64,000 nucleotides of DNA from Bugula neritina (lineage: Eukaryota > Animalia > Bryozoa). The translations under genes were made by a program, and so were the position numbers. Below are positions 36,101 through 48,100 of the stretch, one piece after another; position 1 is the first letter of the stretch; every line of letters starts with the position of its first letter. A model generated the notes under the pieces. It ran no database searches and was not told the origin of the DNA. It worked only from the letters and a program-made list of their open reading frames with translations. The stretch is taken from the NCBI GenBank assembly GCA_964035545.1, contig OZ037769.1:14786633-14850632 (forward strand), given 5' to 3'.

Positions 36101-39100
36101 TCTCTGTGTGACGAGAGAGGACTGGACGTACCCGTAGAGGCTGCCGACAACGGGGAGGGTCTCTTTAGGTGAGTGTGTCGGCATCAACATGTTCAGCAGC
36201 AAACATATATTGTGCTTTGTTGTTACTTGGGGACAGCATTCGCATTTAATCTACTAGTTGCGTTTGTTTCACATTTTTAAACAGTGCTTATCATATCTCT
36301 GGTAGCAAATTAGATGAAAAAAGAAAATTAGAAGTATCGGGTGTTTCATATTTTACTGTAAGATTATTTGTGTGAATGACTTAAACTTGATGATGAATAC
36401 AAATTAGAATATGCAAAAGAATGATGATTTGACAATTACGTGCCCAGAGAAACAAAAACCAGGCTCAATCTAACTTATTGATATCATAACTCAGCGTGCT
36501 CTTTGAGTATTCATCATATTTTTGGAAATGTGTATCATGTTAGTTTAAATAATTGGATTGCGTTTAAATTTCAGGATTGAGTACGAGCCAAAGTCAGTAG
36601 GGATGTATACTGCCAATATACTCTTTGCTGACCAGGAGATACCAACCAGTCCTTACAAGATCAATGTGGAGCCCAACATTGATGTCAGTAAGATCAAGGT
36701 GGTGGGACTGGAACCACGTAAGTCTAAACTGTATTTGTGATCAGCTAGTATTAATGACGTTCCCTCCTACAGACTTGTGTAATGTTATTAGAAAAACATT
36801 TAGGGTTGTTTTTAAGGAAATTTGCTGTGGAATGAAATGCCTACCCCATTCTAAATCAAGCTTTTAGTTGGCAATAAAAGAATGAATATTGGATTCTGAA
36901 GCAATAGGCCCTTACTAATCTACCAATGCAATGATGTAATTTCCTGTCCCGATAACCAAACAGTGTTGAAGTGATGGAGTTAGCCCCCTCCCCAAGTATT
37001 GGTGACCCTAGCACCACTAGTGTGATTTACCACTTTAACTGCAGTTGCATTCTAAATACTATAAATTCTATATACTAGCCTATTGTGTGATGGTTTACTA
37101 CACATTTGATGCTGTGAAACATCACCACCTTTAGATTTAATTAGATTTAGTGAGTCATTTTGAATACAGAATGATACACTTCCTGTTTGCATTTCATTGG
37201 TCATGTGTACAGTGACATCATCATTGAGTCGTACTGACCTGTATTACAGGGAATCTTTCTCGCAGTCATCAAATATAATTTACTTCTGCTTTCTTTCATC
37301 TCTTGTCACAAGAAACTAGCATTTAGCATCTGGAATCTGGGTCATACTTGTTGTCCTGGTCATTCAGAGAGCTGACTAGTAATCAATGCTCAATTATCAT
37401 AGTTCCTCTTAACCACAACTCCTCAATTTATCAACTAGAAATCCCGATCGATGTCCCAACTGATTTTGTGATACAAGATGATGGGGCGGGAAAAGCTCCT
37501 GTCAGCGTGAGTGTGAGGTCACCCGCGGGTCGCACCGTGCTGCCAATGGTAGAGGAGCATCCTCAAGGTCATCATGTCACATTTATACCAAGAGAGCCCG
37601 GTCCTCATGATATCAGCATAGCGTACGGAGGGGTGAGCATCCCCTCTAGTCCGTACACCACCACTTGTGTTGAACCGGTCACAGAAGAACAGCCCATCCA
37701 GGCTCAAGAGAAAGCCAAGCCTGTTCAGGCCACTCAAATGCCTGTTCCTGACGCTGGCAAAGTCAAAGCATACGGCGATGGTTTGTACCGAGGCATAACC
37801 ACCAAACCAGCCGAGTTCACTATCGATACTCAAGAGGCGGGTCCGGGAGCACTCGGGCTCACCATTGAAGGTCCAATAGAAGCCAAGATGGAGGCCCGTG
37901 ACCTTGGAGACGGCACATGTCAGGTCACCTACTACCCAACTGAGGCTGGAGAATACACCATCAACATATTCTACTGCAATGAGCCGATACCCGGTGTGCC
38001 TTATGTGGCTAATATACAGTCGGGAGTTGTAATTGATGTTAGTGGGGTGACTGCCTACGGCCCGGGACTGCAGCCAAATGGTATGGAACTGTGGTCTGCT
38101 ATGCATGGTTTCCTGTCGGTTCTGTTTGATGCATGTTTGTTTGATGCTCTACATGTCCTGAATTGACTTGCATGCCGTTGCTTGTCTGTACACCAACTCT
38201 AATGGACGAAGACTATAGTTCAAAGGGGAAGCCATGTTGCAATATTTGTATTAAATAACCGAGTTTTAATCGGAATAGCATGCTTTCTAGTTTGACTCTA
38301 ACTAACTTTTAGCTGCCATATTAGTTCTTTTCTGTGAGTTTGTTTTAGAAGCAAGCCGGGAAACTATCTGTATGTCTATGTACTGTTTCTGTTGCCATGA
38401 TCAAGTACATCTGCTAATTCTCTTTTGCCATTTTGAAGTCATTCCCCATACATTTACACACTCTCAGCAAAGCTCAAAGTCAAGCTATTTATAGCTCATA
38501 TTACTTTATCAGTGTGTTTAAAAAGGTTTAGTCTGTTCTTGTTCAATTTTCGTTCCGAATGCAGCATGTCTGTACATGTTCTCATTTATATTTACTGATC
38601 TACTTTCTAGTCCAAGTCTTATAGATCTATATTTAAAATTCACTTTTCATTTTCTAGTTGTGACTAAAATCAAATTGGGGATTCACCTCAGTTCTTTTTA
38701 TAAAACTTTTGTTCAATTGAATTTTTCTCAATTTAAATTAATGCACACAAATACAATAAAACTATCATTATGATAAAAGTGGCATATAATTGTGCTATAA
38801 AGGAGTTATTACCATTTTGCTGGAAAACCAGTTTAAATTATTACACTAAACATTATTTTGTACAAAATTTCTACTCTATACTGTTTCAGGAGTCTTCATG
38901 GACTCAACAACTGATTTCACCGTTGATGCTAGATCGGTGACACCCAGCTCTGCCGGGAAAGTAAGGGCCATAATCACCAACCCTTCTGGTACTAAGAATG
39001 ACACTCTGGTTACACCCAACGGGGACGGTACATACCACGTCTCCTACGCTCCTTCTGAGAAAGGTTGGTTTTACTGCTTTTTCTGGTCATATTGATGCTA

Positions 39101-42100
39101 GGACTACTATTGTTATGTAGCAGCTTATTTGCTGTTATACTAAAATAATTTGAATAACCAATGTGTTTGTTATTTTTTCTGTAACTAGCTCAATAGCATT
39201 ATGAACTCCTAGAATCTAGATAGTAAGTTGAAAGAAGCACCAATTATGATTTATTCTGTGTATTTTTATTATGTTAGCAAATTATTTTAAAATAAAGTTA
39301 ATGGTTTAGCAAAACATTTGAATCTCTGCATAACCTGTTTACACTCAGTCATGTGATCACTATTGTAGGACCACACAAGGTTGACGTCACCTATGAAAAC
39401 CTTCCCATACCCCAGAGTCCATTCTCAGTCAATGTGTCGCCTGGTAATGATCCTAACAGAGTGAAAGCCTATGGTCCTGGTCTGGAGAAGGGCATTACCA
39501 ACCAGCCCCAAACCTTTACTATTGAGACTAAAGGAGCTGGGCAAGGCAGTCTCTCATTGGCTGTTGAAGGTTAGATCTATCCTGTTTATTTTAGGTGGAA
39601 TATTCTAGAAAACAATCTATGTTTGTCTTATGCTGTCATTGAGCTCCATTTAACTAGTATTTTAGGAAGAAATTCTCATGTCTAGTTTTGAATTGATGGC
39701 ACTTATTTGTAGTTAATTGACTTAAACATGTTTCCCAGGCTAATCAAGCATTTTATTCCAAGTTTTGACTCAGTTATGCGCCTGATGTGACCATAAATAT
39801 TGCCCAAGTTAGTTGTCGGGTAACTCAACCTGAGCCCCTTATATTTTTCATTCTTAGGGCCGAGCAAGGCGGAAGTATCTTGTAAAGACAACCACGACGG
39901 GACATGCACTGTTGACTATCTGCCCACCAAGGCCGGTGACTATGACATCTCCATCAAGTTTGCTGATAAGAATATACCAGGTGAGCTTGCAGACTGACTT
40001 CAGACATTTCTCTTGCGGCGTTTTGGCCTGCAGTGGATGATCTTTTAACACACTGCCTTTCTGTGGTGTTATTATTGTTTCTTTTATAATGATATAATTA
40101 CAAGTGTGTTAGTTATGTATGCAAGTAGTATGTACTGTTGACATTTACTGTTGATATTTCCTGTTGACATTTACTGTTGAAGTGTACTGTTGACATAAAG
40201 GTTCTAACTCTAATTATTTAATATGATGGATAATACATAGCTTGGTAATAACTGTTTTCTCACGGCCATAGTTTAGAAATCCTCTCAAATACAACTTGGT
40301 TGTTCATTTTCTTTGAGGGATACAGCACAAATGCTTTAAAATATGTGTTTCGATACTAATTTATATTAGAAAACTCCACTACTTCTGCCCTCTAATGCAG
40401 TACCATGTGTATTACCATGGTGTATTATCTTCTGTAGATCTGCTTTGTGATACTTGCATATAACACTTGATCTCTACTTGCATCAATTATTAATATTTGC
40501 TTTGCACAGCTTTGTCACAGTTTGTTAAACTCTTGTCTCCCTCTATTAGGTTCACCGTTTAAAGTGCCTATTGAGGACGCCTTGGATCCTAGCAAGTGTC
40601 GCATGTATGGTCCAGGTCTGAATCCGGAGGGGGTGAGAGCCACCCTACCCGCCACGTTTACTGTGGATTGCACTGAGGCAGGAAAAGGTCCTTTGGAGGT
40701 AGGTTTAAGTACTTTCTTTTTATTTTTAAAGTGTTACTCTATAAGCAAGTTTTTTTGCTTATTATTTGATTGTTAATATCGACTGGATACAAATCTGATT
40801 GGATGTTTTATCAGGGATTTTGTGAGAATAGAATTGTTTATTTGCAATTCTTTTGTCAACATAAATACTCGTAACAGCTGCATATTATTTCCAATTTGTT
40901 GCGCGACTCTTTTTTATTAAAAGCTGCTGGGTTTGATTTTATTCATTTGGTGTTTAATACTATTATACAGTTAGAATTTATTTCATGTGAATCTAAACAA
41001 TTTTAATATGCATATTTTTGTAGCCAAGTTTTTCACTGTTTGATTCTTAAATTCATAGGTATTGTATGACGATGGGAGGGGTAACAAACGCCCCGCCGAA
41101 ACTCACCAAGTGCAACCTGGTGTCTATCAATGTACCTACTACCCTGCTGAAGAAGGCCTGTGTGAAATCACTGCCAAGTATGCAGGGAAAGACATCCCTG
41201 GCAGGTGAGTGCTTGCAGCTGTCACTCATATGTTCTGGAAATGTAGGTACAGGTGGTTGTTTTGTCAAGCTTTCATTTAGGAGTTGTGCAATAAACTCTT
41301 GTATAATTATTATGTTCTGTATGCTTAAAAGTTGATATTGTGTTTGTTTTAAGATTGCTATCTTCTTTGTATGGAGAATATATGTATAGTATGTATATTA
41401 TATGTATGCCATGCATGTGTATTGGGATTGAGTTTTAGAATAAAAGATTACTACTGTGTTGATAACTTGTTTCTTTGTGAATTGTATTGCTAGTATTTCT
41501 CACACATTATACTTGATATGATAATGTACAAGTATTAAAGTTGAAAGTCATGTTATTTAATTGATACATTCATAGTATTTGTATTTAGCCTATCACAAGC
41601 CATAGCCTCTGTTCTTATCTCTGATCAGAATGTCCAATCAAATTTTTATATGTTTTTTTTACAACTATTTTCGAAATTTTACTCAAATAATCTGCGACTG
41701 TTTTGTAGTCCAGTGAAGCAGAAGATATTGCCGGTGTTTGACCCTTCCAAGGTCGTTGTGAGTGGTCCCGGAGTTCAGAGCGGTATACCTGCCAGTCTGC
41801 CGACTTCCTTCCTTGTCGATACGACTGATGCCGGAGACGCTGACCTTGACATAGCCATACAGGTTTGTTGTTTGTGTATGCGTAGTTGCCGTGGTTACCA
41901 TGTGTGTTGTATATTATATTAGTTTTTGGTGCAATCTACCGTTACCAGAGTTACCATGTTTTTCAATTATATTAGTTGTTGGTGTATGTATAGTTACCGT
42001 GGTTACCACATGTTTTACATTAACTTAGTTGTTTGTGTATACATAGTTACTATGGTTACCACATGTCACCTCTACCTGCAGGCTCCGGACGGCACGTTCC

Positions 42101-45100
42101 TCAGGCCGAACATCACAGACAACCGAGACGCAACTGTCAGCGTCTCCTACACACCTGCGGAATGCGGCGTCTACCAGCCTAAGGTCAGATATGGAGGAAA
42201 GTCTGTTCCCGGCTCTCCCTTCCAGGTGCACACCAGGCCCTCTGGCAATGCTGCTGCCTGTCACGTCAACGGTGAGTCACTTCTGTCACATGACTCATCA
42301 GAGAGATGACACGCAAGTATTTTGCTTACAAAGATCAAATGGAGGCTTTGAAGTTCTAGTTTTTCAAATTTTTGAGAATTCAAATACTTTAGTCGGTTTC
42401 AATGACTATTGTGGGCGTATTAAATGCACTAGTTGAGAACTATTTTTCACATCTGTGTGATTTCAGACGCGAAGAGGAAAGTCATAGTAGGTGAGGAGTG
42501 TGTAATCAACGTAGACAAGTCTCGAGCTGGTCCAGGTAACGTCACGGCACGCATCAAGTCTCCATCTGGTCAACCTGCGGACATAGACATCGAAGATAAC
42601 AATGATGGTACTGTGTCGGTGTACTACACGCCACGTCATCCAGGTGTGTGTTCTTTCCTTCCTGTAGAAGAGGTGGGACAATTCCATATGTTGAGCTAAT
42701 TGGATTTCATATTTATGCGTTTAATGGCTTAGTAGTTTTCTCAAAAACGTATAATGTTGGAATTTTTCATACGGTGCGTGTTTTAACCATTGGGATGGAT
42801 TTAGTTTAAAATCACTCACTTTTTGATAAATCATCTCTTCCCTCTCATATTCACTCCACTATTTGTTAAAATTTTATTCCTCGACTTTTTTGTCAACAGG
42901 AATATACCAAGTCAACCTGAAGTTTGGTGGAGTGGAAATACCAGGAGGCCAGTTTGATGTGGAGGTTAGTATGCTGACCTTAAGTTCAAGGTCATTCATG
43001 TTGCCCTTTCAACTTAACTGCCTGTCATACTGTTCTAGAATTTTCTGTTTTAGGCGATGATATGTACAGCCAACAGGATGATAAATTATAACCATTCAAT
43101 ATTTCTCTCTTTTAGGTTTGGGCTACTCTTCACTTAATGTATACTTATGTTCTTTTATTGTTAGGCTTATTTACCATTAAATGACAGAAAGCACCTTAGA
43201 GAAATACAGCATATAGTATCTCATCAGAGCTCAAACTGTTTCTTAGAGATCTTTTATAGGTCCATCCACACACCATGTAGCTGATAGTTTTGTTAGATCC
43301 CAGTAGAGCCGCTTCAGACTTAAGATTTCTTTTAACAAACTTGCATGACTGCTTAAAGTTCTGTGAAATATAAAAACTTCTTTAGCTAAGCATTGTAGAT
43401 CTGTGCACCAGTTCAAACATTTTCTGCAGCCGGTTTCAATAGAATCTGTCTATTTTATTCTATTCAATTGGGAATTGTTTGTTGTATCAGGCTCTTCCAG
43501 AGTCCGCTATGCAGCCCCAGGTTCAGGCAACAACCGACTTTGAGAATGCCCCACACCAACAACACCAGCCCAATATAACGAGCACCACCACCTCAGACCA
43601 GTACACGCATCCTCAAGTTCATGCCTCAACTGATGTCTCAAACGCATCGCCTAATGTTAATCAGCCGTATTTTACTGGTTCTGTTGAAACTGACCAGAGC
43701 AAGAGGCCCCAGACATCATTGTCGCCTGAGTCATTGCTAACATCACCCCAGCAAAACCAGCCTTCGAATTACCAATCTCCACAGTATCAGAGGCAACAAA
43801 GTCATCCTCAGCCGAACCAGAGCCAGCCTTACCAGAATCAGCCCAACCAGAACCAACCCTACCAGAACCAGCCCAATCAGAACCAGCCCTACCAGAATCA
43901 GCCCTACTCAAACCAACCTACCGAAAACCAACCTAACCAGAAGCAGCCCTACCAGAAGCAGCCCAACCAGAACCAGCTCTATCAAAATCAGCCCAATCAG
44001 AACCAGCCCTACCAGAATCAGCCCAATCAGGGCCAGCCTTTCGCAAATCAGCCCAATCAGAACCAGCCCTACCAGAACCAGCCCAACCAGAACCAGCCCT
44101 ATCAAAATCAGCCCAATCAGAGCCAGCCTTACGCAAATCAGCCCAATCAGAACCAACCCTACCAGGATCAGCCCAATCAGGGCCAGCCTTTCGCAAATCA
44201 GCCCAATCAGAACCAGCCCTACCAGAACCAGCCCAACCAGAACCAGCCCAACCAGAACCAGCCCAACCAGAACCAGCCCTATCAAAATCAGCCGAATCAG
44301 AGCCAGCCTTACGCAAATCAGCCCAACTCAAACCAACCTAACCAAAACCAACTTAACCAGAACCAGTTCTATGAGAATCAGTCTCATTCAAACCAGCCTG
44401 GCCAGAACAAGCCTCACCATGGCCAGCCTCAACAGAACCAGCCTTATCAACAAGTGCCCCAACAAAGCCTGTTTCAGCCACATCAGCCTCAACAAAACCA
44501 GCCCCAGCCCAATGCCATCACAACTACAACTACTGAACAGACCCAGCAGTTTTATCAACGGAAGGTTTCTCCTAGCACTGAGGATAATAATTATTCTAAC
44601 TGGCCGCAACAAAATCAACCCCAACAATACCCAGCCGTGCAAAATCTACCCCGGCAAGTCCAGCCTCAGCATCAGGCATACCAGCCCCAGCGCAACCTGC
44701 CCCAATCTAATGTTATCACAACTGAGAGGACTCAACAGTTTCAACAGAAGACTGCTCCTGATTCTACCAATCAGAACTATCCTACAACTCGTGGTGGCCA
44801 GTCTCTGCCTTCTCAGACGAATCCAGAGGTATAGCAGAGCTGGGTGTCTCTGCATGATCTTTCTGCTGTTTCAGCTGGAGTCACTGGCCGTTTGTCTATT
44901 TGATGACTTTTGTCCTATTGCACAGTATGGCTACTTTGGGATTTCTCCTCTATTGCACAGATGGCTACTTTGGGATTTCTCTTCTATTGCACAGTATGGC
45001 TACTTGGGAATTTCCCTTCTATTGCTCAGTAATGATGCTCTACCGGCTTTTTCTTCTTTGAGTGATACAAAGTCTGATAAACATTTCTTCAACTGGTTAA

Positions 45101-48100
45101 ATGATGATAATAAATATGGTCTCTCTTGTCTATTGTTGTGGTCTCTACCTTTGTGCTGTTTACTAACATTTGACTATGGCTAGTCATATAAAGTCTATGC
45201 ATTTTAGTTTACAGTCATTGCGCTGACTCTGAGTGATAAACATCTCTTTTGCATGCCAACACTTCAGATAAATGCTAGTTTCTAAGTTTTGTTTTATCTT
45301 GGGGATTAGCATGTTCAGTCTTTTGATTAATTTTGTTACATTGGGTGAGTTATTTTTCGGAAAAGTCTGCCTTTGAATCAATACTCACTTGTCGGACTCA
45401 TAGTAATTTGACTTTTTCTTTATCATCTTCCTGTAATTGTTTATAAGGTTTTGCTGTTTTGTACAGTTAATAACAAAATGGTTTATTTATTGTCAGTCAA
45501 CTGCCGTGTGACTGCAATTCTTAACAGCTCATTTGATTAATTCAGGCTACACCTGAAGGTGAAGGTCAGGAATTCTCTCAGACAACGATTACGTCAGAAT
45601 ATCACTCTCAAAGTAGTCTGCCCACTATTACCACCGAGGTACAGCGAATTTGCTGCTGCTGCTGCTGTCAAATCCTCTTCCCTTCTTATAACTATTAGGT
45701 GCATGCTCTTTCACGGGATGAAATCTCCCCGACTTCCTCTTTTCTCATTAGCTATTCATTTTCATATTGAAAAGGATGATTTGCCTACTCTTAATGATCA
45801 TTTAGTTATCTCTTCTTTTGAACGCTGGAACTGTCTTTTAGCTTTGCTTGACTCAATTAACTTTCTGTTGCTAGCTACAAAAAGTTTCTTGCTCTGACTT
45901 GTGTTTATTTGCCTATGCTCTGCATCAGACATGGTTGATCTTTTCTTGCATCAAGTGATGTCAAATGATCATCTCATAATCATTTCTTGACATTTTCTAC
46001 AAATGTTTTACTTCAATGAAATTGGTGAATTATGCAATTTAAAACTGCTCGCAGGTCGACTCTCAGCGCCGAACAATCGTCACGGAGACTCACCGAACGT
46101 ACACTATCAACAGCAATGTGCCGCAGACGCCGCAAAACGTAATTATGTGTTACCTCATAGCTACTCTTCTGCACACGTCCTGTCGCTATGCTGTCTACAT
46201 GTTGCTATTGCTTTGTCACAATGTTGTGTATCAGTCCGCTATTGCTTTGTCACAATACTGTGTATCAGTCCGCTATTGCTTTGTCACAATACTGTGTATC
46301 AGTCCGCTATTGCTTTGTCACAACACTGTGTATCAGTCCGTTATTGCTTTGTCACAGTCACAATATTCTTCCTCATCTGATATTGCTGGACCACAGAGCT
46401 TTATGTTGGCGATTATTGCATTTTATGTCTTCCAATGATAACACCAATCCTTGCAATGGTTATGGTTAGTTTTAAGATATGCAAGTTTATGTTTGTTTTC
46501 TGTTCTATTGACGGAGGCTTCAGTACAGGCCTGGTGCTCTAACCTAGCATGAGTCCTCTATAAATTTAATGAGCTTCATTTGCTTCAAGACTTGTAATAT
46601 ATTATCGAGTAACAGCAAATAGCCCAACTAACTTCAAGGTTATCTCAAACCAGAGACTTCCTAATGGCGTAGAATAACTATTTGCTTATAATTATTTTTC
46701 ATTTATTTTGCTTTAAAATGATGTACCATCTAATATAATTGCCGATTGGCTCATGCAATTGCACAGTATCCAACCACGCTGCTTGTTGGCTTAGTCAAGA
46801 TAGTTTACTTTACTTTAGTTTTAATGCCCATTACAATTTTTTTAGTAATACTGGATAATATATGTCAGTTTATCTGTTCTCTGTTTACCAAGCATGCATA
46901 TGGTGTCATGTATATAGTCTGATGTATGTTGTCTGATGTATGTTGTCTGATGTATGTCGTCTGATGTATGTTGTCTGATGTATATTGTCTTATGCTGCTC
47001 ACAATGTATCTGTAAACTGTATTCAAATGTGTTCTTTTACAGCTATGCATGACCTACAATATCAGGGTATGTGTGCTTTTTATTCACTCATTCTTACTTT
47101 CCAGGTCTGCCAGGCTTTTTAACGCTCATTTGCTCTTGGAGGCTGAAGGGAATATTATTAGTATCGGCATTGATTTACTTTATGGTGTGATACAGTCTTA
47201 TTACACGTGTTCATCTTTAGACAAAACATTAAATTGTAGTACAGTTTACGTTATTAGTATATTTGATACAATTTAAGTTGGCACAGTAATGCTTTTAAGG
47301 CTTCTGCTTTAATTAAATGCCATGATTCCTGTTAAGAAAAACCAATGGCCAGACTTTAAAACTTGGGAACTCTTGCATTACAAAAAGTAAATAATTTTTT
47401 CTCTATTTTGTTTTTTTTTTCAATTAAAATGCTTCATGCCTTGCTAATTGCTAGATATATACGTGTTATATTCTTTCTATTGCCATCTATATTCTTCTAG
47501 GATAGTTGAAGGTGCATTTCTATAATGCGATCAGTCCCAACTTGTGTTTATGTTGATTCGGGGCTGGACACATTATAGAGACGTACATCATTTCAGTCTC
47601 ACTCAATCATGAGTGACTGTACCAGCCTGTGATCTACAGTGGCCTTCAACATCCTGCTGATCCATGTCACTAACTTCAGGGAGCACAACTCCTTCACCCA
47701 TAGCCCAAGTTCTATAACCTCTTCTGTTGTTTCTTTGTAGGCTGACTACATATCGGTTGACAGAGTAGATAGTAGTTATCAGGCTATGAAACAGTCTGCT
47801 CCCACCAACATGTTTCACCCAGTTGACTTTGTAATCCCTACTGGACCTGTCTTCAACTACACATCAGGTTGGCTGGTCATCAGTTGCATTCTAGATTATA
47901 CTAAATCTGATTCTAGATTAGACTGAATATGGTGATAGATTACACAGAATATGATAATAGATTATACTGAATTTCATCATAGATTACACAAATTTTTTGA
48001 TAGTTTTGATGATGGAATAGATGTGTATATATAGAAGAAAAAAACCTCACGCGACTTTATAGTCACTATCCCTGCGAAAAACCCCTGATGGAACAGGTTT

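Noticed and set aside
43054-43185. Alternative last exon with a hydrophobic tail after Ig13
   Set aside because: An acceptor is present, but the peptide looks like translated T-rich intron; no other support.
43672-45183. Minus-strand and alternate-frame ORFs (LVLVG and WAGSG repeats; 270-aa ORF)
   Set aside because: Shadow frames of the 15-bp coding repeat.
46204-46356. CRISPR-like array (34-bp repeats; also 51305-51580)
   Set aside because: Head-to-tail units with no unique spacers, no cas genes, eukaryotic intron.
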